A stretch of DNA of 64,000 nt, taken from positions 14,685 to 78,684 of IMG/VR virus record IMGVR_UViG_3300028007_000001; one strand, 5' to 3'. Under the pieces are notes generated by a model. The model did no database searches, was not told the origin of the DNA, and saw only the letters and a list, made by a program, of their open reading frames with translations. The translations under genes and the position numbers were made by a program. This document shows, piece after piece, positions 35,290 to 44,975 of this stretch; the stretch's first letter is position 1; the number at the start of each line of letters is the position of its first letter. The DNA comes from a virus.

Positions 35290-36075
35290 ATGCCGCAGGA
35301 CGACGTTCTGATCGTGAGGATGGAGGACACCCTCCCGATCCTCACCCTCCAACTCTTGGACGAGAGCGGTGCTGCCGTCTCTCTTGACAGTGGAACAGAT
35401 GCCGCTCAACTGAAGGTTCAGTTGTCAGGAGCCGACCCCGACGATCCTCTGGTTGTCGATGCCGCCATGACCATCACGGACGGCGCTCAGGGCATCGTGA
35501 CTTACCAGTGGGACTCGGCAGACACCGACACGAAGGGCGTCTACGACTTTTGGGTCGTTGTCACCTTCGGAGACGGAACGATCCAGAGTTTCCCCCAAGG
35601 CGGAACCTTTACCCTTGTGGTTGAAGACGGAACGGTCATGTCAACCGACGTGATGCGTCTTCGTGCGAAGGCCGGGGACCGCTACGCAGACGTAGAGGTT
35701 CCGTTCTTCACCAACTACGAACTCCAGGCGATCTTGGATGAAGTGGGCGGTGATCTCGATCGAGCCGCCTACGAGTGCTGGTCGATCAAGACTGCCGCCT
35801 ACTCGGAGTTCTACGACATCGAAGAGTCGGGGTCGGGCAGAAGGATTTCGCAAAAGTTCCGTCAGGCTCGGGAGATGCTCAGTGTCTACGAGAAGAAGGC
35901 ATGGGATCGAGTCGCTGCTACGAGGGTTGTGGGCGTTCCTATGTCTCTTGACGAGTCGGGAGACGATCCTCTCGACGGTGGATACATCTCACTTCCACGT
36001 GCGAGCGACTACATCCGGAGATACCCGCTCTACCGAATGAGGGCGATCTACGGCGGGGTGGTGCAGCAGACGTGA
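35290..36075 (+). CDS. head-to-tail adaptor fused to an N-terminal BppU/Ig-like domain
   Basis: N-half GIVTYQWDSADTDTKGVYDFWVVVTFGDG; C-half RLRAKAGD..FFTNYELQAIL..DRAAYECW. Confidence 0.65.
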   Translation: MPQDDVLIVRMEDTLPILTLQLLDESGAAVSLDSGTDAAQLKVQLSGADPDDPLVVDAAMTITDGAQGIVTYQWDSADTDTKGVYDFWVVVTFGDGTIQSFPQGGTFTLVVEDGTVMSTDVMRLRAKAGDRYADVEVPFFTNYELQAILDEVGGDLDRAAYECWSIKTAAYSEFYDIEESGSGRRISQKFRQAREMLSVYEKKAWDRVAATRVVGVPMSLDESGDDPLDGGYISLPRASDYIRRYPLYRMRAIYGGVVQQT

Positions 36076-36443
36076 ACAAGCAAATGCTCCGTGCTCTCCA
36101 GCAGGGCACGTCGACTCTGATCAACCAAGAGTCCGTCGACATCCAACTCACTCGTCAGCCTGCTTGGGAGCAGACCGAAGCGGGGGGCGTTCGGCGTTCT
36201 TCTGGCGCCGCAGACATCCTCGATTCCCAAAGTTTCTTCTTTGGGGAGGTCCGGTCTGACGCTGTTGAAGTACGAAGCGACCGTGGAGAGGCTGTTGTTC
36301 TTCGGCACGTCTTGATCGGTCCTGCCGACGCAGACGTGGAAGAAGGAGACTCCTTCTCGGTCGGAGGACGTTCGTTCAAGGTCGAATACATCAACCCGAA
36401 CCGGGAGTACCAGACCAAGGCGTACGTGTCGGAGCGTGTGTGA
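36072..36443 (+). CDS. head-to-tail stopper / head closure protein
   Basis: HVLIGPADADVEEGDSFSVGGRSFKV. Confidence 0.75.
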   Translation: MNKQMLRALQQGTSTLINQESVDIQLTRQPAWEQTEAGGVRRSSGAADILDSQSFFFGEVRSDAVEVRSDRGEAVVLRHVLIGPADADVEEGDSFSVGGRSFKVEYINPNREYQTKAYVSERV

Positions 36444-37027
36444 TGCCTGCTGGTAGCGGATTCCGTGCAACTTCATCGGCCATCAACAAGGGAGCACGCA
36501 TCCCTGGCGTGACCGGCCGGAAGCCTCCTGGAAATGGAAATCTTGGGTTTCGCAACTTCAACACCCGAGTTCCATTTATGAGCGGGTCTGGGGGAGTGAC
36601 GGGCGCTTCCTTCTTTCGTGAGTCTCACCGCCAGATCATGCGAGACCGAAGAGGAAGGTTTGCTGGCGGGTGGGGCTTCGCATGGCAGGGGTTTGAGGCC
36701 ACTCACGACGAGATCCATTCTCTCGGACTCAACCTGACCAGTGCGGGGAACCTCAAGGGCGCCGTCGAGCAACTTGCGAAGGACATGCTGGACTACGCCC
36801 AGCAGAACGCTCCGTGGCAGGACCGAACCGGGCTGGCCCGAGAGAGCCTTCAGTCCCGAGTCGTGTGGCACGACGAGACTTCTTTCTCAATCTTTCTGGG
36901 TCACGGTTCGGAGGTCTACTACGGCGTGTGGCTTGAGGTCCGGTGGGGAGGCAGGTACGCCATCCTTCTTCCGACTCTTCTTCACTTCGCACCCCAGTTC
37001 CGATCCCGCATTGCGGGCGTTGTGTAG
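36440..37027 (+). CDS. HK97 gp10-like neck/tail completion protein
   Basis: AQQNAPWQDRTGLARESL, VYYGVWLE..GGRYAIL.PT. Confidence 0.8.
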   Translation: MMPAGSGFRATSSAINKGARIPGVTGRKPPGNGNLGFRNFNTRVPFMSGSGGVTGASFFRESHRQIMRDRRGRFAGGWGFAWQGFEATHDEIHSLGLNLTSAGNLKGAVEQLAKDMLDYAQQNAPWQDRTGLARESLQSRVVWHDETSFSIFLGHGSEVYYGVWLEVRWGGRYAILLPTLLHFAPQFRSRIAGVV

Positions 37028-37035
37028 GAGACGAG

Positions 37036-37449
37036 ATGGAAAAGGTTCTGGTTCCAGCCATCAAGGCAGATCCCGACATCTCTGGTCTGGTCGCTGATCG
37101 TGTGTTCGCCCCAACCGCTTTGGGGGTTGGAAACATTCCTGCCGACCCTCAGAAGCCATATCTGACGTGGAACGAGATGCCTTCAGATCGGGTGGCGTCT
37201 GTTCGGGAGACCTCTCGGGCCACTCTTCGTCAGTACCAGTTCTTCGTCTACGACGAGGCTGGCGACACGTTGCGTGTCAACGAGATCCTGTCCCATCTCC
37301 GGAGAGTCGTTGAGGATCTTGCGCCCTACAACCAGGACGGAATCCGAATCAGCGAAGCCACCTGGCTTGGAGAGTCGCAGGTTTACAGCGACGACGAGAT
37401 GGGCGCCGTGGTCAGGTACGGACTTGCTCAGTTCATGGTGAACGGGTAA
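37036..37449 (+). CDS. tail terminator
   Basis: Position and size; QYQFFVYDE, LSHLRRVV. Confidence 0.7.
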   Translation: MEKVLVPAIKADPDISGLVADRVFAPTALGVGNIPADPQKPYLTWNEMPSDRVASVRETSRATLRQYQFFVYDEAGDTLRVNEILSHLRRVVEDLAPYNQDGIRISEATWLGESQVYSDDEMGAVVRYGLAQFMVNG

Positions 37450-37529
37450 TCCGATTCCCACCCTACATACGTACGCACAGGTACCATAGTGATGTAGGTG
37501 ATCACCTGACCGCACAGGAGGAAAATTCC

Positions 37530-37991
37530 GTGGCGCAGCAGACGACTGCCATCAAGTTCATGGGTCGTGTCGACCGCAGGGTCATCCCTGCCGGTGAGGA
37601 CTGGGGCGGTCGTCTCCAGGATCCTCTGAGTCGTGATCTCGTCTGGGACAAGTCCAACAACTGGATCCTGGATGTTTCCGATCTTCCCGCAGAGGTCGTT
37701 GCTCTCGTCCTCGCAGAGCCAAACATGCGGGACGTGACCGGCCAGCGGATGGTTCCGCCGAACGACTACCAGAAGGCGTACCTCCGGATGAAGGACGTGG
37801 AGATCCCGGCCTCTCCGTCCGACGAGGGCGCTCCGAGTGAGAACCCCGGCGAGCGTCCTCTTGAGGGCGGTGTCGAGGCGTCCTCGTCCGATCCTTCTTC
37901 GTCCGAGTCGACCCCGGAAGACAAGGCGGCTGCTGAGCCGACTGGGGAGGCCAAGACGGAGGGGAGCGACCGCAAGAGCCGTCGTTCGTGA
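37530..37991 (+). CDS. hypothetical protein (acidic tail)
   Basis: AGGAGG RBS. Confidence 0.65.
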   Translation: MAQQTTAIKFMGRVDRRVIPAGEDWGGRLQDPLSRDLVWDKSNNWILDVSDLPAEVVALVLAEPNMRDVTGQRMVPPNDYQKAYLRMKDVEIPASPSDEGAPSENPGERPLEGGVEASSSDPSSSESTPEDKAAAEPTGEAKTEGSDRKSRRS

Positions 37992-38203
37992 AGTTCCGAT
38001 GCCCGTCTCGCATCCACGGAATCGTCGTGGAGAAAGGTCGCATGGAAGTGAAGTGCGGCTCCAAGCGATGCGGGGCGGGTAGCGGGATCGTCGTCCTGCA
38101 CTACTTCAGCACCACCACCGGGGAGTTGTTGGAAACAAGAAAGTTTGCTGATCCGGCCAAGTCGGTCGGCAGCAAATCCAAATCACAGGAGGTAAAGGCA
38201 TAA
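37988..38203 (+). CDS. small Cys/His protein (Com-like zinc finger)
   Basis: FRCPSRIHG...EVKCGSKRCG. Confidence 0.5.
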   Translation: MKFRCPSRIHGIVVEKGRMEVKCGSKRCGAGSGIVVLHYFSTTTGELLETRKFADPAKSVGSKSKSQEVKA

Positions 38204-38739
38204 TGCCTCTCGACACTCCGCTTCCCTTCGGATTGCGGGACGTGAAGGTTCGTCCGTACGGCTCGGCTCAGTCCGAGAACGTCGACCTGCCGAACGCCCG
38301 CACGTTCACGTTCTCGGAGTCGGAAGACTTCGAAGAACTGCGAGGCGACGACGGTGTTGCGGCGGTCCACGGCAACGGTCCCACGGTTGACTGGGAACTG
38401 GAAGCCGGTGGTGTGCCGCTCGACGCCATCAAGACGATGTTCGGTGGAACTCTCACCGAGACGGGTGTGACCCCGAACATCAAGATCACCTTCCAGAAGG
38501 CGGCGACGGACCAGCGTCCGTACTTCACCGTCGAGGGGCAGGCGATCTCCGACAGCGGCGGCGACTTCCACGTCACCCTCTTCCGCTGCCGGGCCACCGG
38601 GGAACTGTCTGGCGAGATGTCGGACGGCGCCTTCTGGCTCACCGGGGCGAGTGGTACGGCCCTCCGTGACGCCGACAACAACGATCTCGTCTACGAGTTC
38701 GTCCAGAACGAGAGCGAGACCGACATCGTGACCGTGTAG
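38203..38739 (+). CDS. major tail (tube) protein
   Basis: PFGLRDVKV, EELRGDD, PYFTVEGQA; position before chaperones. Confidence 0.88.
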   Translation: MPLDTPLPFGLRDVKVRPYGSAQSENVDLPNARTFTFSESEDFEELRGDDGVAAVHGNGPTVDWELEAGGVPLDAIKTMFGGTLTETGVTPNIKITFQKAATDQRPYFTVEGQAISDSGGDFHVTLFRCRATGELSGEMSDGAFWLTGASGTALRDADNNDLVYEFVQNESETDIVTV

Positions 38740-38785
38740 TTCTTTCGGAACTACGCACAACCAAACCGAGAAGGAGAGCACGCAG

Positions 38786-39376
38786 ATGCCGGACTCGGAA
38801 GAAACCCAGATCGGACAACTGAGGCAAGAGTCGGAGCCGAAGCCCACTTCCGCTGCGGAGTGGAACAAGGGCCGAACCTACGGTGGGGAAGGTTTCGTGA
38901 TCGAACTCCCCTCGGGCAACTTCGCCCGAGTGCGGCGTTCGCTCGACCTTCCTTCTCTTCTGCGTTCGGGAAAGATTCCGAATCCCCTGGGCGATGCCAT
39001 CGGAGAGATGATGGTTCAGGGGAAGGAGGGTCTTCCCGACACGGAGTTCGATCGCACGATGCTGCTCCAGTTGATGGATCTTCTGGATCAGACGGCCTGC
39101 TCGATGATGGTCGAGCCTCGGGTCTCGATGCCTTCCGTTCGTCTCAACGAAGAGAGCGACGAGGCGTACTTCAAGAGGATCGAGGAATGGGAACCCGAAG
39201 AGGGCACCATCTCGATCTTCGACCTTGCGCTTGAGGACAAGTTGTTCCTCTTCTACGTCGGCCAGGGGGCGGCTGCCGACCTGGAACGGTTTCGTGAAGA
39301 ATCGCAAACTTTCCTGGGCGGTGTACCAGCAGGCGAAGACGTGGGGGCAGAGGCCGAGTCAACTCCTGGGGATTGA
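38786..39376 (+). CDS. tail assembly chaperone (G)
   Basis: Between tail tube and tape measure; ends DLERFR. Confidence 0.8.
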   Translation: MPDSEETQIGQLRQESEPKPTSAAEWNKGRTYGGEGFVIELPSGNFARVRRSLDLPSLLRSGKIPNPLGDAIGEMMVQGKEGLPDTEFDRTMLLQLMDLLDQTACSMMVEPRVSMPSVRLNEESDEAYFKRIEEWEPEEGTISIFDLALEDKLFLFYVGQGAAADLERFREESQTFLGGVPAGEDVGAEAESTPGD

Positions 39377-39599
39377 TGACCCCTACACGGCTTTCTGCGT
39401 CGATGAAGCCGTGTGGATGTGGGGCAACCACGTCGAGTCAGAACTGAACAAGGCAACAGACGGAGCCAAGAACAAAGACCAAGCGAGATCGAGACTCGTA
39501 GCGGCTACTCGACGCCTGTTCACCGAGGAAGGCGAAGAGGGCGAGAAGAAAGGTTCCTTCAGAGATCCAGCCCTTATGCTCGGTGGAGGTAAGAAGTAG
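39294..39599 (+). CDS. tail assembly chaperone second ORF (T), probably reached by +1 frameshift
   Basis: Overlapping +1 frame ORF WGQRPSQLLGIDDPYTAFCVDEAV; CGG TTT CGT at 39287-39295. Confidence 0.7.
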   Translation: MKNRKLSWAVYQQAKTWGQRPSQLLGIDDPYTAFCVDEAVWMWGNHVESELNKATDGAKNKDQARSRLVAATRRLFTEEGEEGEKKGSFRDPALMLGGGKK

Positions 39600-42500
39600 T
39601 TGCCTGGGAACAGCACTGACAGACACAACCCTGGGATCCACATCGAAGCGACGGGCCGTACCGCTGGTGCGGTGCGTGCCCTCGCTCGATTGGAGCAGGC
39701 TGCTGCTCAGTCGTGGTGGGGTCTCCACAACCTGGGCCTCGCATTCGCAGCCCTTCCTGCCGCCGTAGGCGCCGGTACTGCTGCTGCCGTGAAATGGGCA
39801 GCGGAGTGGGAGAAGGGCATGAAGGGGGTCGCTCGGGCGGCTGACCTTCAGGGGAAGGCTCTGGACGACCTGGAGAACTCCCTCAAGAGCATTGCTCGGA
39901 TCAAGCCGATCTCACCGGGCGAGATCCTTGGCGTTGCTCAGTTGGCAGGGCAGTTGGGCGTAGAGGGTGAGAGGGCCATCTCTCGCTTCACCAGTGTCGT
40001 CACTGACCTTGTGGCGATTTCGGAAGACCTGACCTTCGATCAGGCGGGGCGATCTATCGCTCGTATCGCCGCTTCTGCCGAGGTAGGAGCGGAAGGTTTC
40101 GACAACATCGCTTCTGCCATTGCCAAGGCCGGTATCGCAACTGCTGCATCGGAAGGCGAGATCTCCAAACTCGCTACCGACCTGGCCGGTATCGGTGCAA
40201 CTTTCGGATTCTCGGCAGACAAGATCATCGGTTGGGCAGCCGCTCTGCGTTCTGCGGGTGTTCCGGCAGAGCGTGCTCGTACGGCAGTGCTCAAGACTGC
40301 CTTCGACATCTCCACCGCTGTCGGTGAGGCTGGAGACGAGATCGAACTGTTCGCTGAAGTCGCCGGTATGTCCGTGTCGAAGTTTTCGGATTTGTTCCGG
40401 AGGGATGCCAGCGCCGCCATGACCCAGTTCGTTGTTGGGCTGGGAGACTTGCAGGACAGCGCATCTGGCGCTGAGCAGGTTCTTGCTCAACTCGGCATCA
40501 CTGAGGCACGTCAGTCTCAGACCCTTTTGCAGTTGGCGACCATGCAGGCTCAGAGCGCCAACTCCAACGCCCAACTCACGTCGATCCTGGAGATGACAAA
40601 CCAGGCGTACGTCGAAGGTCTGTTCCTTGGCGAGCAGACCGCCACGATGTACGGAACGCTTTCGGCTCGACTGCAAATGTTCCGAAACTTGGTGCATGAG
40701 GCGGGAGTGAGTTTCGGCCAAGCCTTCCTTCCTGCTCTGAAGCAGGCCGTCGAGTGGGCGTCGAGGTTCGTTCTCGGAATCATCAACCTCCCAGGACCGA
40801 TGAAGTTGGTCATCGCCGCTCTGGGTGGCCTGGTGACGGTGTTCAGCGCCGCATTGGCAATCGTCACCCTCTTCGGCCCGAGAGTCGCCATTGCTACGGG
40901 AGCCTTGCTTCACCTGATCGGTGTGATGGGCGGCAGCGCCGCATCGGCCGAGAAGTTGAAGTCCAAGATGCACGAACTCGGGTTCTCGTTCGGAAAGGTT
41001 GACACCGAGGTTCGTCAGTCTGTTGGCGGAATGATGATGGCTCAGTCTCAGGCTGAGCAGATCCAACATGCGCTACTTCGGCTCGCCAACGCCATCGACC
41101 GGGTGAGCAACAGTTTCGCAAACCTTACTCTTCGGGTTCGTACTGCATCTGCTGCGATGGGAGAGAAGATTCGTTCTGCTCTCGGCCTTGCACGTGCAGA
41201 GGACATCGTGGAGAAGGAAGTCAACGATGTCACCATTGCCATGCATCGTCAGCAGTCGGCTTCTGTGTCGTCCGGCACTGCTATCTCTGGTGCTGGTGCT
41301 GCCGCCGCTGGAGCCACATCTCTCTTTGCTCGATTCCGGGGCATCGTGGCGGGACTCGGAAAGACGTTCCTGTTCCTCCTTCCTCTCTTGCTTGCCTTCC
41401 AGCAGATCTGGAGCCGGGGAGGCGGCGAGCAGAAGCGAATCGAAGCCCAGCAGAAGTTGGGCGATACGACGAAGCAACTAGCGGCGTACCTAGCCAGAAG
41501 CAACGACCTGTCTCGGGAGCAGGCTCGTCTGTTCCTTCAGGGCAAGGTTAGGACGGAAGAACTTTCCGAAAGCATGAAGAAGTACGGAGAGTTCTCTGGT
41601 AGCGCCGCCAAGAACATCCAGGCTGCTGCTGAGGCATTCGGTGTGAGCGCAGGCGCTCTCGCTAGCGCCGTGTTCGCTGACGCTCAGGCTGAGTTGGAAG
41701 CCATCGGAATTGGGTCAGAACGTGCCGCTCGGGGAACGATCGACCTGGGTGACTCGGCCGAAGAGACTGCACGGAAGGTTCGTGCTGAGAGAGATGCACT
41801 CCGTGAGTTGGCAAACCTTCTGGAGCAGATTGCTCAGGCCCACATCGACATCGTTGAGGCCGAGATCCGGCAGAGAGAAGCCGCTCTTGCCGTCGCTCAG
41901 GCGCAAGAGCGTTACAACGAGGCTCTGGCCGCAACGAAGGACCGCACCGAGGCCATCCGACGTGCAGAGCATGATCTTCAGCAGGCTCAGATGGCTCGGG
42001 AGCAGTCCATCCTTCGTTTGCAGGAGGCGCAGTATCAACTCTCGATCGCTCGCACTCTCGCAACCGAGAGGGTTGCCGAGGCAGAGGATGCTCTGGCCGA
42101 CTCTCAAGACAGGCTCCTTCGTTCGCAGCAGAATGTTTTGGATATCGAGCAGGAGATCGCTGAACTCCGTGCTGGCCCTACGATGGAAGAGATTCTTCGG
42201 GCCACCAATAAACTGCGTGACGCTCAACTCAGCCTTGTCCGGTCGACTCAAAGCGTTTCCGATGCTCAGTGGTTGCTGAATCACCTTCGACAAGAGGGTG
42301 CGGGCGCCCGAGACATTCGTGAAGCCGAGATGAAGTTGGAAGAGGCTCGGCTTTCAGTTTCGGATTCTCAACTCGACTTGATCGAAAGCGAGAGGGAACT
42401 CGCAGAACTCCGTGACGAGACTCTTCGCCAGCAGAGGATCAACGAACTGGAGCGAGAACTCGCTGCTGCTCGTCGTGATGTGGACGAAGCCACCAGGGCG

Positions 42501-44972
42501 ATCGCTAAGGCAGAGCGGGAACTCCAAATTGCTCGGGACCGTTTGAAGAATGATTCCGATTACAAGGAGGCAGAACTCGCTCTTGGTCAGGCTCGCCTGA
42601 GTCTCAAGGATCAGACGAACGCAGTCAGGGACGCAGAGAACGCCCTGGCTAGGGCGAGGTCTGGGAATGACGCCGCTCGGGCTTTGGAAGAGGCCGAGAT
42701 CGCTCTTGAGCGTGCATACCTCAACTCTGCCGAGGCGGCAGTCGAGGTACAGCGTCAGACAGCCCTCATGGCGGGCCAGAACTGGGACGCTGGAGACTCT
42801 GCTCGGGCACTCGCTCAGGAACTCGACAAGATCGGAGACTCGATCAACATCGAGCCTGTCCGAAAGAGGATCGAGGAAATCTCCGAGGCGTTGATGAACG
42901 CCCCCTCTGTCCCTGAAGTCCCCGAAGCCTTCTCTGACGCTGGCGAGGATGCCGCCGGAAACTTTGCAGACTCGTTCGGGGACGAGATGGGGGATGCCAT
43001 TCCTCTTGCTCTTGATGGCATTGGTCAGACCGCAGTTCAGAAACTTCTTGGAGATATGGAGAGTTCTGCCTCGGGAGGCGGCGGAAAGAAGAGCATCTGG
43101 GAACGACTCCTTGACCCTCAGCGGTTCATCGTTGGTGGCGGTGTCGGTAGTGCGGTGGGTGCCATCGTCGGAGCCATCGTGGGGGCGTTCGGTGGTCCCA
43201 TTGGTATCGCTGCTGGCGCCTTCATCGGTCAGTGGGTCGGAAGCATCGTGGCGATCTTCTGGGAAGAGATCACCGCAGGTATCGGGTGGGTCGCCAAGAA
43301 CATTCCGAAGCACGGAGGCAAGATCATTCAGGGCCTCTGGGACGGGATCGTTGAACTCGGAAAGGATCTGTTCTGGAATTGGCCGAAGAGGCTGATCGGG
43401 TGGATTGTAGACCCGCTCCTGAATACTTTCCGAATGAGGTCTCCGTCTCGGTTGATGGCCGATATGGGCAAGAACATCATCCGAGGGCTTCTCAACGGCA
43501 TCAAGGAAGTCGGCCGAGACGTTCTCCAGTGGTTCCGTGACCTGCCTGGAAAGATCGTCAGCGCCCTTGGTTCTTTCGCTAGCACGGTCTCTCGGTTCTT
43601 CCGTGAGAACAACCCGATCAAGATTCTGGGCGAGTTCCTGAGCGATCGTTGGAAGAGCGTCCGAGAGTGGCTGAAGGAACTTCCCGGAAAGATCACTGGT
43701 GCGATCGGTGATCTCGGCGGCGCTGTTGGAAAGGTTCTGAACCCGATCAAGAACGCATTCAAGAAGCCGTTCGAATGGGTCTGGGACAAGATCCTCAGTC
43801 CGTTCTTCGACGTGATTATGAAGATCGCTGACGTGATCCCCGACGTCGACTTCAAGAAGCCCGCCAAGCCGAAGTTCGGAACTGTCGAAGAGCACCACCG
43901 AGGCGGCGTCGCAGGCAAGGGCAAGAAGAAGCGCCGACTGGACTCTCTTCGTCCTGGCGAGGTTCCTGCCGTCCTCCAGTCCGGAGAGGGCATCATCTCC
44001 CGTCGAGGGATGCGGCTTCTCCCCGAGGGCTACCTCGACGCTCTCAACAAGGGGCGTGCTCCTGAGACGGGTGGACCCAGCCTGAAGGACGTTGCCAACG
44101 CTGTTGGAGGCGCTGGAGGGTGGATTCGGGATAGAGCGGGTGACGCTGTTTCGTTCGTGGTCGAGAAGTTCCGTGAGGCTGCTGCTTGGGGTCTGGAGCG
44201 TCTCGTCGGACCAATCAAGTCCGCAATCCAGAAGGCCGGAAGTCTTTTCGGATTCCCTGGAGAGATGCTCGCTGGCTTGATGACAACTCCTGTCGATCGA
44301 GCCATCGAGTGGATCCGTGGTGCCCAGAAGGACACCGAGGGGATGTTCAAGATCGGGTCCGGCCTGCACTACGGCATGGGGGCCAGCGCATCCGGTCCTC
44401 TGATCGACTTCCTGAAGTCGTCGGGGTTCAAGTACGGGCGGGACTTCCGAGTCACTTCCGTCTGGCGCCCCACCGATCTCGACAGCCTCCACTCCAAGAG
44501 GAAGGCCGTCGACTTCGGAAACCCTGGCGGTCCTGGAATTTTGACCCCAGGGCTGAAGAAGATCTTCGACGCCTTTGCTCGGGTGAAGGATCAACTGTAC
44601 GAGTTGATCTATGCAGGAGCGGACTGGAACATCCTGCGAGGAAGGGTCGTCCCGATCCACAAGGTCCGGCCCACCCTCCAGATGTCTCACCTGGATCACG
44701 TTCACGCTGCTCTGGCAGACCAAGGGCGAGTGATTCCTCCTGGCCTGTCGATGATCCTCAACAAGACAGGACTCCCGGAGTACCTCCTTCCGAATGATTT
44801 GGTTCGGGGGATGATTATGAAGGACGACATGATGCGGATGCTTTCCGCTCTGGAGAGAGATCCGGTGGTCTCGGGTGGCGATACGTTCAACTTCAACATG
44901 ATCCCTACTGCCACTGCTCACGAAGTCGTCCGAGAAGTGTTCTGGCAGAAGAAGATCACGTCGAGGGGGTGA
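39600..44972 (+). CDS. tape measure protein
   Basis: 1790 aa, Ala/Gly-rich, TP901-like core, coiled coil, amphipathic W repeats, C-terminal HLDHVH motif. Confidence 0.95.
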   Translation: MPGNSTDRHNPGIHIEATGRTAGAVRALARLEQAAAQSWWGLHNLGLAFAALPAAVGAGTAAAVKWAAEWEKGMKGVARAADLQGKALDDLENSLKSIARIKPISPGEILGVAQLAGQLGVEGERAISRFTSVVTDLVAISEDLTFDQAGRSIARIAASAEVGAEGFDNIASAIAKAGIATAASEGEISKLATDLAGIGATFGFSADKIIGWAAALRSAGVPAERARTAVLKTAFDISTAVGEAGDEIELFAEVAGMSVSKFSDLFRRDASAAMTQFVVGLGDLQDSASGAEQVLAQLGITEARQSQTLLQLATMQAQSANSNAQLTSILEMTNQAYVEGLFLGEQTATMYGTLSARLQMFRNLVHEAGVSFGQAFLPALKQAVEWASRFVLGIINLPGPMKLVIAALGGLVTVFSAALAIVTLFGPRVAIATGALLHLIGVMGGSAASAEKLKSKMHELGFSFGKVDTEVRQSVGGMMMAQSQAEQIQHALLRLANAIDRVSNSFANLTLRVRTASAAMGEKIRSALGLARAEDIVEKEVNDVTIAMHRQQSASVSSGTAISGAGAAAAGATSLFARFRGIVAGLGKTFLFLLPLLLAFQQIWSRGGGEQKRIEAQQKLGDTTKQLAAYLARSNDLSREQARLFLQGKVRTEELSESMKKYGEFSGSAAKNIQAAAEAFGVSAGALASAVFADAQAELEAIGIGSERAARGTIDLGDSAEETARKVRAERDALRELANLLEQIAQAHIDIVEAEIRQREAALAVAQAQERYNEALAATKDRTEAIRRAEHDLQQAQMAREQSILRLQEAQYQLSIARTLATERVAEAEDALADSQDRLLRSQQNVLDIEQEIAELRAGPTMEEILRATNKLRDAQLSLVRSTQSVSDAQWLLNHLRQEGAGARDIREAEMKLEEARLSVSDSQLDLIESERELAELRDETLRQQRINELERELAAARRDVDEATRAIAKAERELQIARDRLKNDSDYKEAELALGQARLSLKDQTNAVRDAENALARARSGNDAARALEEAEIALERAYLNSAEAAVEVQRQTALMAGQNWDAGDSARALAQELDKIGDSINIEPVRKRIEEISEALMNAPSVPEVPEAFSDAGEDAAGNFADSFGDEMGDAIPLALDGIGQTAVQKLLGDMESSASGGGGKKSIWERLLDPQRFIVGGGVGSAVGAIVGAIVGAFGGPIGIAAGAFIGQWVGSIVAIFWEEITAGIGWVAKNIPKHGGKIIQGLWDGIVELGKDLFWNWPKRLIGWIVDPLLNTFRMRSPSRLMADMGKNIIRGLLNGIKEVGRDVLQWFRDLPGKIVSALGSFASTVSRFFRENNPIKILGEFLSDRWKSVREWLKELPGKITGAIGDLGGAVGKVLNPIKNAFKKPFEWVWDKILSPFFDVIMKIADVIPDVDFKKPAKPKFGTVEEHHRGGVAGKGKKKRRLDSLRPGEVPAVLQSGEGIISRRGMRLLPEGYLDALNKGRAPETGGPSLKDVANAVGGAGGWIRDRAGDAVSFVVEKFREAAAWGLERLVGPIKSAIQKAGSLFGFPGEMLAGLMTTPVDRAIEWIRGAQKDTEGMFKIGSGLHYGMGASASGPLIDFLKSSGFKYGRDFRVTSVWRPTDLDSLHSKRKAVDFGNPGGPGILTPGLKKIFDAFARVKDQLYELIYAGADWNILRGRVVPIHKVRPTLQMSHLDHVHAALADQGRVIPPGLSMILNKTGLPEYLLPNDLVRGMIMKDDMMRMLSALERDPVVSGGDTFNFNMIPTATAHEVVREVFWQKKITSRG

Positions 44973-44975
44973 GTC

